33,500 nucleotides of DNA from Octopus bimaculoides (Eukaryota): the NCBI RefSeq assembly GCF_001194135.2, contig NC_068982.1, positions 185,912,752 through 185,946,251 on the forward strand, in the 5' to 3' direction. The notes under the pieces are model-generated. The model worked only from the letters and a program-made list of their open reading frames with translations. It did not search any database and was not told the DNA's origin. Below, piece after piece: positions 21,377 through 32,404 of the stretch. Position numbers and translations under genes: made by a program. Every line of letters starts with the position of its first letter. Positions within the stretch are counted from its first letter, which is position 1.

Positions 21377-21566
21377 AGAATATACGAAAAAACAACAACA
21401 GACGAGGACAGGTGGTGTAAATAACAAAAGGATGTATTAGTATGACGCTCGGGAATACGGAAAGTCTTTGACGTTTCGAGCTACGCTCTTCAACAGAAAG
21501 AATACGGAGACAAGGAGAAAAACACGGAGAAAAAAAAATTGAATAGTGTCCAGTAAACGGTCAATC
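21376..21566 (-). mobile_element. Short PLE terminal-repeat-type element carrying a hammerhead motif, flanked by TA microsatellite on both sides
   Basis: Minus strand reads T-rich leader, hammerhead, GAGCGTCATACTAATAC...CCTCGTCTGTTGTTGTTTTTTCGT, then (TA)n. Diverged homolog of 20812-20950. Confidence 0.65.
21465..21501 (-). ncRNA. Minimal type I hammerhead ribozyme motif with variant CUGUUGA core
   Basis: UCUUU-CUGUUGA-A-GAGC-GUA-GCUC-GAA-ACGU-C-AAAGA. The stem I pair is C-G here and G-C in the 20821 copy (compensatory change); GUC cleavage triplet. Confidence 0.7.
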
Positions 21567-21763
21567 ATATATATATATGTATGTATATATGTATGTATAT
21601 TCTTATCGTAGATCGTTGAAACTCGAAGTAGATACATTTATAAAGCTATAACATGTAAATATTAGGTTAAGCTAATATTTACACGCTAAAGCTTTATCTT
21701 TCAGTTTCGCTGCCCAAAAATAGAATTATTACAGGTTCTCTTGAATAGTCTAAATGATTACAT

Positions 21764-21769
<6 letters not shown>

Positions 21770-21841
<72 letters not shown>

Positions 21842-21937
21842 CATATATACATACACACATACATATACATATATATATGCATACATATATATACACATAT
21901 ATACATACATACATACATACATACATACATACATACA

Positions 21938-21969
<32 letters not shown>

Positions 21970-21970
21970 G
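21770..21970. repeat. (TA)n/(TACA)n microsatellite
   Basis: Direct reading. Confidence 0.95.
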
Positions 21971-22099
21971 ATATTGTGGGAAACTGATAAGGTATGATGC
22001 TTCAGTGAATAATGTTTTCGCAGCTATTGTGTAATTATTTCGGTATTATGCTAAAACGCCTGTATGTCCTATAAATTGAATATCATAACTGTTTTCTGC

Positions 22100-22143
<44 letters not shown>

Positions 22144-22519
22144 GTTATTTTTATGTTTGACTTTTGCTTTACAATTTGGCTCCAAGTCTCACACAGAGAC
22201 CTCAAGAGACAAGTTAGAAGTTCATGTTGGTGTTATGCCTAGGGTGCCATATGTTTGGTTTTGTACATAGTGTTGTTCTAAAGAATGTTTAAAAAACCAT
22301 AACAAAATCATGAGTTTGTTTTAAAACTTGAGATTACATAGAAAGTATTTTGCATAGGATATGTGCAGCTCCCATGAGCACTATCTTTTGAATTTCTGCC
22401 ATTTTGGGGTTTCCTGGTATCTGAGCTAGGTAGCAATCAGCCCCTTTTGCTATCATCTCCAGGGCACCTATAACAACAGGTATTGTTTTAGTCTTCAGGT
22501 TCCACATTTTGCTAATTTT
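22144..22519 (-). mobile_element. 3' end of an R4/Dong-type (RLE endonuclease) non-LTR retrotransposon inserted in (TAA)n
   Basis: 60 open codons 22516-22337, ISKMWNLKTKTIPVVIGALEMIAKGADCYLAQIPGNPKMAEIQKIVLMGAAHILCKILSM, then stop TAA (22336-22334) and about 190 bp of 3' UTR. (TAA)n on both sides (22099-22143, 22518-22663). Matches the C-terminal PVVIGALG...IQK..LLGTAHILRK motif of RLE-type LINEs. Confidence 0.85.
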
Positions 22520-22550
22520 ATTATTATTATTATGATTATTATTATTATTA

Positions 22551-22650
<100 letters not shown>

Positions 22651-23360
22651 CATTATTATTATTTGGTTCGTATTCTGCACAGGAGCCTAACCTGAGATTG
22701 CTGCCTCGCGTCTTAATACACAGGAACCGACTACTGAGACCAATCTTAGGTTACGTGTCGATTTCACAGGGCCATTATTTTTCATATGTGGTGGTGGGGG
22801 GGATGTAATGTCGTACGAAGCAGCGTGGGATAAAAAATATTCGGGTAAAATCATGTCTTACATGTTCGAGTGTATTCGGACATAAAAAGACCTTTCGCTG
22901 CAGCAGTTTTAATAGACTTTTCTATTGAAGTTCAATATAGCATTGAATTACAGTTTCATGCCTAAACTGGAACAGCAACAATAACGATCTATATAACGCA
23001 GACAACAAGAAAAATATCACCTCAGAGGATTAGCCCAACTACTTTATCCTCAGAATATAATCCCTCTTTAAATTGCTTAGAAGATTATAAGGCGATATTA
23101 GAGCAGCTTAAGGATTAAGTGGATCATGCATTTTTTAGTATTTTATCCAAAAAATTATCTCAATTTGATCTGTGCCATAAAAATGATTTAATATTGTAGC
23201 TCAGAAAACACAGAAATTAATGTCATAGAAAGTGAAGCAATTTGTCGACAATGAAATAAAGATGTGAAGTAATTGCATCGTCATGCTAGAGTCATGGTAG
23301 TTTCTGGAAACAAACCTAACCAATTGTAAAGACATTAATTTAAGAACAGTATTATTGTTA

Positions 23361-23765
23361 GGAGTGGCTGAGTGGTAAGTAGCTTGCTTACCAACCACAT
23401 GGTTCCGGGTTCAGTCCCACTGTGTGGCACCTTGGACAAGTGTCTTCTACTATAGCCTCGGGCCGACCAAAACCTTGTGAGTGGATTTGGTAGACGAAAA
23501 CTGAAAGAAGCCCGTCGTATATATGTATATGTATATATATATGCGTGCTTGTGTGTCTGTGTTTGTCTCCCCAACTTCGCTTGACAACCGATGCTGGATG
23601 TTTACGTCCCCGTAACATAGCGGTTCGGCAAAAGAGACCGATAGAATAAGTACTAGGCTTACAAAGAATAAGTCCTGGGGTTGATTTGCTCGACTAAAGG
23701 CGGTGCTCCAGCATGGCCGCAGTCAAATGACTGAAACAAGTAAAAGAGTAAAAGAGAGTAAAGAG
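23361..23765 (+). mobile_element. SINE family A, young full-length copy
   Basis: GGAGTGGCTGAGTGGTAAG head, CCTTGGACAAGTGTCTTC, short internal microsatellite, tail ending in (GTAAAAGA)n-like repeats. Confidence 0.95.
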
Positions 23766-23786
23766 TTATATTATCAAGTCTTACAG

Positions 23787-24491
23787 CATAGGTCCTCAAA
23801 ATGGGCGCTACCGCCCCCCCCCACTCCCGGTGGGCGTTAAGACGGTCCAGGTGGGCGCTGGTAGAGAAAAAGGAGGCGTTCGGAGGAAGGCAGTGGATTT
23901 GGGGACAATATGAATTTATGCTATTATTATAGTATTGTATTATTATAGTATTGTATACGAATTATATAATATTATATTAAACATCAAATGATTCATAGTG
24001 TATATAAATTAGTTAAATATAGGAGTGGCTGTGTGGTAAGTAGCTTGCCTACCAACCACATGGTTCCGGGTTCAGTCCCACTGCGTGGCACCTTGGGCAA
24101 GTGTCTTCTACTATAGCCTCGGGCCGACCAAAGCCTTGTGAGTGGATTTGGTAGACAGAAACTGAAAGAAGCCTGTCATATATATGTATGTGTGTTTGTG
24201 TGTCTGTGTTTGTCCCCCCCCCCATCATCGCTTGACAACCGATGCTGGTGTGTTTACGTCCCCGTAACTTAGCGGTTCGGCAAAAAGAGACCGATAGAAT
24301 AAGTACTAGGCTTCCAAAGATTTGCTCGACTAAAAGGCGGTGCTCCAGCATGGCCACAGTCAAATGATTGAAACAAGTAAAAGAGTAAAAGAGTAAATAA
24401 AGTATTTATTTATACATAAAATAGGGGTGGGTCGCTGAAGGTATTATGTGGCTATGAGGGGGCGGTGGCTCAAAAAGTTTGAGAACCTCTG
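23787..24491. mobile_element. hAT (Charlie-like) MITE with nested SINE
   Basis: TIRs CATAGGTCCTCAAA (23787-23800) and TTTGAGAACCTCTG (24478-24491), 12/14. Mirrored subterminal ACCGCCCCC. Flanks TCTTACAG vs TTTTATAA (5/8, all differences are transitions) may be a decayed 8-bp TSD. Confidence 0.65.
24022..24396 (+). mobile_element. SINE family A, young full-length copy nested in the hAT MITE
   Basis: Near-identical to 23361-23765; (GTAAAAGA)n tail. Confidence 0.95.
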
Positions 24492-24811
24492 TTTTATAAA
24501 TATACGTGGTACATTTTCAGCCTGGCCACCGAATCTAAATTTCTATCCGTACATACATACAAAGACGGATAGATGGATGGATAGAGATAAACACACACAC
24601 ACACATGTATATAATCGTATTGCGGTTGGTTGGTTGGTTGGTTCGTTGGTTCGTTAGTTGGTTGGCTGGTAAAGAGAGGGTGAAGGAGAAACGTGAGACA
24701 CAGAGTTAACATAACAGGGGCTGGTCGAGTACACATATTAGGCATGGTGACAGGCAATAAGTAAAAGAATGCTACACACTATTTAGAGTGAGAGAGAGAG
24801 AGAGTCTCGTA

Positions 24812-24901
24812 GCAAGAAGAAGAAGAAGAAGAAGAAGAAGAAGAAGAAGAAGAAGAAGAAGAAGAAGAAGAAGAAGAAGAAGAAGAAGAAGAAGAAGAAG
24901 A
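24812..24901. repeat. Perfect (AAG)n microsatellite
   Basis: Direct reading. Confidence 0.95.
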
Positions 24902-25152
24902 ATAGTAATAATAGACACTGCAACATTATCTGATTTACGCGTCCTTTTAAATATTAAGACTAATGCTGTTAAAACACTTCTTGATTTAATGAAAAGATTC
25001 ATTAATTAATCAAAAATGCAAAAATAAAAAGCAATAAAATATAAACAACGTTAAGCATTATTACAGCTTAAAAATCCAACTAACCCAACAAAATTAATCA
25101 CCTTTAAGTCTACACCTAGAAACACAAACGCATGACTTTTTAGTCAATCATA

Positions 25153-25388
25153 CAAGGTGTTCAAAAAGTCTCTCCGCAGTAAGTATTTTACTGCAAAATA
25201 AATATAAGATGGTATAAGGCTACAAAAGAATATATTAGGCTTTTCAAGACTTTAAAACATTTTTTAAGAGGTACTGAATGTGTCGTCCTTCATTCTCAAT
25301 ACGTAAGTTGACTCTTCTACACATGTTTTGAAAATACATCTTGGTGAGAAAAAAAAAATCACTGCGGTGAGACTTTTTGAACACCCTG
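25153..25388. mobile_element. Tc1/mariner-type MITE (236 bp)
   Basis: 28-bp TIRs CA(A/G)GGTGTTCAAAAAGTCTC(T/A)CCGCAGT at 25153-25180 and 25361-25388, 26/28; TA on both flanks. Confidence 0.9.
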
Positions 25389-26244
25389 TACAACGGTGAA
25401 ACGGTTATATATGTAACGAAAGTCATCAGCATCAAACCAAACTTCAACAAGGTACTTAAATATTATGTAAGTATGACCGAAGGTTAATTTAAACACCGAT
25501 GCATCAACTATATTTCATTCATAAGAACAAAAAGAAAAAAGGAATGAATACAACAAAACTACCCAGTTAAGTTTCCGGTTTGAAAGGATAAGCAACTAAT
25601 TTTTCAGCACCAACTGGAAGATCTTTGAATAATGCGGACCCTATAAATAGGGAACAAGACGTACGAGTTACGCATAGCTGGGAAGAACTCCATACTCGGA
25701 AAACTTTATATATGTCCGATAAAAAATTTTATCTACATTTCGTCACTGCTTAAATTATGGTCAGACCAAGCTAACATTGACCCGAATAGATTGATATTTA
25801 ACAGAAAATATCACACTTCCTTCCCACCCTCTCTTCAGTCTTAACGCATTAACGGACACACCAGATTTCCCTAAAACTTATAAATATATTCTGCGTGAGA
25901 TTTTCAACCCTTTGTCTTTCCTTATTCGTTTCTATATACGAGGCTGGATTAATACTTCACTATTAACCAGAAACAATAACACACTGTCTGTATTTCTCTC
26001 TTCAGTTTCTCCTATTATCACTGGACTTTCTAACAATATTTCCTTTGATGCCTTCAACGTTCAATGCTTTCTATATTCAACAACATCAAAACGGCATTAT
26101 TTTCAATCACCTTTTCGCCATTTTTCCTTTTCCCTGGTCATATTTAAGTCCTTTACGTTATCTTTTCTTGGCTGCCCAAAGGAAATAACTGCCTTATAAC
26201 AATATTCATAGATATTATGAGTTAATGAATGGTACTTCTTATAT

Positions 26245-26892
<648 letters not shown>

Positions 26893-27031
26893 AATCATTA
26901 GTGTGTGCATTGTCTCGTGAGACATTATATCCGAAAATTAAATTATGTCTGTGTAATGTCAGTCAAGTTTTAGCTTCAAGGAGGCAACAGAGTTATTGTG
27001 ATCTATTGTTAGTTTCTATCCACATCATTGC

Positions 27032-27125
27032 TTTCACTTGGCTGTGTGATGAGAAAGTTAGTTTTGCAACCACTTGGTTCCGATTTCGAATCAGCAGTGC
27101 TACGTCAAGGGAATATGCATCGTAC
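27032..27125 (+). mobile_element. Very degenerate SINE family A head
   Basis: TGGCTGTGTGATGAGAAAG...CAACCACTTGGTTCCG resembles the family A 5' end. Confidence 0.35.
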
Positions 27126-27352
27126 TATGGCTTTATGTTTAACAATATAATGCGCGCGCGCGCACATACATACACACATATACGCACAATAGCTGAAGAA
27201 ACAGGTAAGTGCAAATGGTATGGAAATCCGTCTTAATGAATGTGCATGATATTTTGCCATCTACATATGTATGTATGCATGTATGTATGTATGTATGTAT
27301 GTGTGTATGTATGTGTGTATGTATCAATTGAGGATCACAACATATAGGTACA

Positions 27353-27420
27353 TTGTGGCATAATTTCTTTTCCTCAACAGGCCCTGCCCTGTTTAACATT
27401 GTCCCGAAACTGATCAAAGA
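27353..27420 (+). mobile_element. Tiny CR1/L2-type LINE fragment
   Basis: HNFFSSTGPALFNIVPKLIKE resembles the GPxLFNxLP motif at the 3' end of CR1/L2 ORF2. Confidence 0.35.
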
Positions 27421-27809
27421 GATTTTTAGTCGAAGGAATCGACCCCAGGACTTACTCTTTGGAAGCGTAGTACTTATTCTATTGGTCTGTTTGGCCGAAC
27501 CGCTAAGTTACGGAGACGTAAACACACCAGCATCGGTTGTCAAGCGATGGTGGTGGTGGTGGTGGGGACAAACACAGACACAAAGACACCCACACATAAA
27601 TATATATATATATATATACATACATATATACACATATATATATATATACACGACAGGCTTCTTTCAGTTTCCGTCTATCAAATCCACTCACAAGGCTTTG
27701 GTCGGCCTAAGGCTATAGTAGAAGACACTTGCCCAAGGTGCCACACAGTGGGATTGAACCCAGAGCCATGTGGTTGGTAAGCTAATTGCCACACAGCCAC
27801 TCCGGCGTC
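27421..27809 (-). mobile_element. SINE family A
   Basis: Reverse complement of the 23361/24022 copies, including the internal microsatellite (about 27568-27651). Confidence 0.9.
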
Positions 27810-28062
27810 TATACNNNNNNNNNNNNNNNNNNNNNNNNNNNNNNNNNNNNNNNNNNNNNNNNNNNNNNNNNNNNNNNNNNNNNNNNNNNNNNNNNNNNNN
27901 NNNNNNNNNNNNNNNNNNNNNNNNNNNNNNNNNNNNNNNNNNNNNNNNNNNNNNNNNNNNNNNNNNNNNNNNNNNNNNNNNNNNNNNNNNNNNNNNNNNN
28001 NNNNNNNNNNNNNNNNNNNNNNNNNNNNNAAAAATGGCTGCCCTTGTTGCATAATTTGAAAC

Positions 28063-28135
<73 letters not shown>

Positions 28136-28140
28136 GTTAT
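28063..28140. repeat. (TTA)n microsatellite
   Basis: Direct reading. Confidence 0.95.
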
Positions 28141-28811
28141 CATTGAACGTAATGCTTGAACATTGTAATGTTTCCGTCGGTTCGCTTATTATATTTCTCA
28201 CCCCATATAACATTAATCAGTAACTTTTTCTCCTCACCCGACTGTCTACGGTATTCTACAATTTTAAACACACTCTACGGTTTTTCTCGTGAACTAGTTG
28301 TACACCCAAGGATCTAACACACGGCTTCTATACATAATTCCGACTATATTGTATCGTGCATCTATCATTGAGATATTTACAGATACACAGATATATAAAC
28401 AGATACATACGCAAGGTCATTTTACGAAGCTTTTAGCTTCACGTTCGACTGCTTCTTCTACGAAACAAATATTTGCATTAGATAATTTCTGTTGAAATGA
28501 TTTCTTTCTGCAAATCAAATTTGTTGACATTGTGATGTGCAACAGTGAGAACAACATCAGCTCATCTCTTCTCCTCTGTATATCAGGACAAATGGTATAT
28601 ATAACAGGATGTTATGATGTATTTATTTAATACGGAAGCCGTTTGGGCTTGTGAACATTAGCATTTCTATTGATCTTTGTTAAAATAGCTGCAAATATGT
28701 ATAAACACACAATCATGATAGAGGCAGTCTTTGAGTGGCAGAGACAATGGAATATCGAACTAAATAGATTTCTTATTGAATTTCGTTCTAGGAAATACTA
28801 CTTTGTTTTTA

Positions 28812-29578
28812 GGCACAGACACGGCTGGGTGGTTAAAGAGCTCGCTTTGAAACCAAATGAGCTCCAGTTCAGTCCCAATGTGCGGCACATTGGGCAAGTG
28901 TTTTCTACTATAACCTCGAGCTATCCAAAGCTCTGTAGGAGGGTTGGTAGACGGAAACTAAAAGAAGCCCATCGTATATATATATATGTATGTGAATGTG
29001 TATGTGTTTGTGTGTGTATGTGTGTGATTGTGCATGCGTGTATGTGTGCGTTTATGTGTGTGTGCGTGTGTGCGCGTATATGTGCGTGTGTGTGTGTATG
29101 TGTGCGTGTATGTGTGTGTATGTGCGTGTGTATGTGTGTGCGTGTATGTGTGTGTGAGTATGTGTGCATGTATGTATGTGTGTATGTCCGCGTGTGTGTA
29201 TGTATGTGTATGTGCGTGTGCATGTGTGTGTGCATGTGTGTGTATGTGTGCATGTATGTGTGCGTGTATGTGTGCATGTATGTGTGTATACGTGTGTACG
29301 TGTATATGTGTGTGCGTGTATATGTGTATGTGTGTGTATGTGTATGCGTATATGTACGTGTGTGGGCGCGTATGTGTGTGTATGTGAGCGTGTATATATG
29401 TGTGTATGTGTGCGTGTGTGTGCATGTATGCGTGTGTACGTTTATGTGTGTATGTGTGCGTGTATGTGCGTACGTACGTGTATGTGTGTGCATGTGTGTA
29501 TGTGTGTGCGTGCGTGTGTGTGTATATGCGCGTGTGTGTGTATATGCGTGTGTGTGTGTGTGTGTTGTGTGTGTGTGT
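28812..29578 (+). mobile_element. SINE family A 5' half whose internal microsatellite has expanded to about 600 bp
   Basis: Head to GTAGACGGAAACTAAAAGAAGCCCATCG (28812-28975), then an imperfect TG/TATG/CGTG array to about 29578. The 3' half is not found. Confidence 0.8.
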
Positions 29579-30124
29579 AGATTGAGTTGTTGTAGTTGTT
29601 GTGTACGTGTTCACAAGAGCATAGAGCTGACCCTGAACTGCAGTTAACACGGGCCAATGAATTCATTCGTAAACAGTTTTACGAAGACCACACAAGAGAC
29701 GTTGATATCATTGACATAAAAAAGAAAATTGGGTGAAATGGAAGAATGAAAGAGGATGAAGCGCGATTAGGATTATCTGAAAATATCACAATAAAGATAA
29801 TCTTGGGCTTATTACAACTCCTTTAGAAAGTTGTATGACAGAATCTCTGAAATGTGCTATTACAGAAATTGCGAACATTATTCGAACCAACTGGCTTCTC
29901 TTCAAAAGTCGTTAACAGTTCATATCCCTGCTGACCAGGCAGTACGAGCGAAACTGTCAGTGATGTTGACTGTTTTCTAGTTAAAACTACGGTTTTGAAT
30001 TTTGCCAGGATTATCTCTCTTCTGTATTACCATTCAAGAAGACTAAAGAGCCAGGAATGCACGCCTGGGAATCCAATAGGGAGAAGCACTGAGTAGATAT
30101 GGTATTCCTTTTACCATACTCTTT

Positions 30125-30225
30125 TACTTGTTTGCGACTGATGTGATCGACTAAAATTCTTGAAGGCGTTGCTCCAGAATGACTGTAGTCTAATGACTGC
30201 ATCCCATAAAATAATAAAAGAATAT
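30125..30225 (+). mobile_element. Degenerate SINE tail fragment
   Basis: CGACTAAAATTCTTGAAGGCGTTGCTCCAGAATGAC matches the tail at about 9147-9185. Confidence 0.5.
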
Positions 30226-30406
30226 AATTCAAACTTTAATTAGGATTATTTTCGCGGTTGTTTTAATTAGTCATTAATCTTTATTAATAAGTTTAACAAG
30301 CTATTACAATTTAGTTTCTCCTTTAACTCTAAGTCCGCCATTGTCCTTTTTATTAGCTTCAATATTAATTAACTTTAGACATTAATTATTATTATAATTA
30401 TTGCCT

Positions 30407-30619
30407 AAGCGACAAGCTGGCAGAATCGTTAGCACGCAGGTCAAAATACTTAGCACTATTTCGAACATCACGATTTTAGTTCAAATCCCACCGAAGCCGA
30501 CTCTGCCTTTCATCCGTTTGGGATAGATGGAACAAGTACCAGTTGCCTACTGGGATCGGGAAAAAAAACCGACAAGCTCCTCCTCCAAAGTTTCAGGCTT
30601 TGTGCCTTTAATAGAAAGG

Positions 30620-30622
<3 letters not shown>
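30407..30622 (+). mobile_element. SINE family B monomer (tail type 2) ending in (ATT)n
   Basis: AAGCGACAAGCTGGCAGAATCGTTAGCACG head, CTGCCTTTCATCCG, tail TTTCAGGCTTTGTGCCTTTAATAGAAAGGATT. Confidence 0.85.
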
Positions 30623-30655
<33 letters not shown>

Positions 30656-31172
30656 GAGCAGTGCATGCCATCAAAATGACACTTGGGGTAAAATATACGA
30701 AGCCCGTTATACCCATCACGACTACCCGCCTGGTAAGGGTACACCATATGTGCGTGACATGGTGATCTCAATCAAGATAAACAGCGCATGACCTTGCAAG
30801 TGGAGCCCAGTTAGAATTTTCTTCAGGTTGAGTAGTTTATCCAATTCAAAAGGTCCCTGAATAAGGGTTGTTTAAGGATGTTGAACGAAACACCCATGTT
30901 TCCAAAGGTGAATTATCCAAACCTCAAAGAATTCCTCTCCACACATGGCTATGATGCTCCCCCACTACTTCTGCTCATGATCAGAGATGCACATATCGTC
31001 AGCCACCAAGGGACATGCTCAACTGGTTAGGGTCAAACAACTGATAAGCAAATCTGCGGTATTGAGCAGAATATTTTCTGTAGCCCATCTTTTATACCAA
31101 GACAAAACAATGTACATGATAACACTTCCAATCAGTTAAGAAGCCATGAGAGCCATTGCCTGGTACTGCATC

Positions 31173-31173
<1 letters not shown>
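30656..31173. mobile_element. 518-bp non-coding element inserted in an (ATT)n tract; possible Dong/R4-mobilised non-autonomous element
   Basis: Sharp boundaries against (ATT)n on both sides (30620-30655 and 31174-31221). No TIR, tRNA head or long ORF. Repetitive status is from recall and from the flanking pattern. Confidence 0.55.
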
Positions 31174-31221
<48 letters not shown>

Positions 31222-31474
31222 GTTGTTGTTGTTGTTGTTGTTGTTGTTATTATTATTGTTATTATTAGCATCTCGTGTGTCTTCCATACTATCTGTTCTC
31301 AAAATGCAATCAAAAATATGTCACGTTTCAGTCCGGAAGTTATCGCACATCTGATCAACAGTTACCCAATGTATTCACTTCCTACGCATGCGCCATGATG
31401 TGGTTAAAACAAATTATTATGTCATCTATAAGAAAGACTGCCCAGGGACAAATATAGACAATCGTCATGTTATT

Positions 31475-31914
31475 CTTTTCTACTCTAGGTATAAAGCCCG
31501 AAATTTTGGGGGAGAGGGGGGGGGGCAGTCGATTTGATCGACCCCAGTAGCGCAACTGGTACTTATATTTCATCGACTCCGAAAGGATGAAAGGCAAAGT
31601 CGACCTGGGCGGAATTTGAACTCAGAACATAAAGACAGACGAAATAACGCCAAACATTTCGCCCGGCGTGCTAACGATTCTTATTTCTTTATTGCCCACA
31701 AGGGGCTAAATATAGAGGGGACAAACAAGGACAGACAAAGGGATTAAATCGATTACATCGACCCCAGTGCGTAACTGGTACCTAATTTATCGACCCCGAA
31801 AGAATGAAAGGCAAAATCGACCTCGACGGAATTTGAACTCAGAACGTACAGACAGACGAAATACCGCTAAGCATTTCGCCCGGCGTGCTAACGTTTCTGC
31901 CAACTCACTGCCTT
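31475..31914 (-). mobile_element. SINE family B dimer, same architecture as 1318-1750
   Basis: Junction ...AAAGAAATAAGAA|TCGTTAGCACG at 31678/31677. Flanking repeats AATCGTCATGTTATT (31460-31474) vs AATCGCCCTGTTATT (31918-31932), 13/15. Confidence 0.9.
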
Positions 31915-32319
31915 ATAAATCGCCCTGTTATTGACAGCATACAGACGTGTCAAATAAGCAATATTGAAGGAAGATTTTCATCAATGTTCCCTCCATATGT
32001 AAATATACCAGACTTGTTTAGGTCATAATAAAAATTATGTTCTGACACAAAGAAAATTTACCGCGCAAATATGACCATTTCTTTCATAACGAATGAAAAA
32101 GTATATTTTCAAATAACTGTTTTGCAACCTACAGCGTCTTTACTCAGATTATAAATTCACTTTTATACATATAATTATTGGAGCATTCGCCTGTTTTAAT
32201 AAATATCTAATTGGTAACCAAGTGAAGAAAGCAACCAACTAACAGACACTTTACAATGCGATCTAAGGGAACAGTAAAAATAGGCAAGACTTCTCTGATG
32301 TTCAACGTGTAACACTTAC

Positions 32320-32404
32320 CGTTGTTGTTGTCGTAATTCCGGTGCTGAAGCTTTGTTTCGTTGTTTTGAAACTAGTTCCTTCCTTCCAGAATGAATTCAA
32401 AGAA
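32320..32404 (-). other. Candidate 85-nt internal exon of an unidentified minus-strand transcript
   Basis: Acceptor TTTTTTTCTCCTTTTCAG| and donor ACG|GTAAGTG. One frame is open (SLNSFWKEGTSFKTTKQSFSTGITTTTT). Confidence 0.45.

Noticed and set aside
25415-25435. Minus-strand CTGATGA as a further hammerhead core
   Set aside because: No downstream stem II or GAAA.
25912-26199. 95-aa ORF with an internal acceptor-like site at 26005
   Set aside because: T-rich, F/S-biased composition, no recognisable domain and no good donor.
27202-27210. Perfect CAG|GTAAGT donor; also a minus-strand GTAAGT at 18079-18084
   Set aside because: No convincing acceptor or open frame upstream; one such match is plausible by chance in this much sequence.
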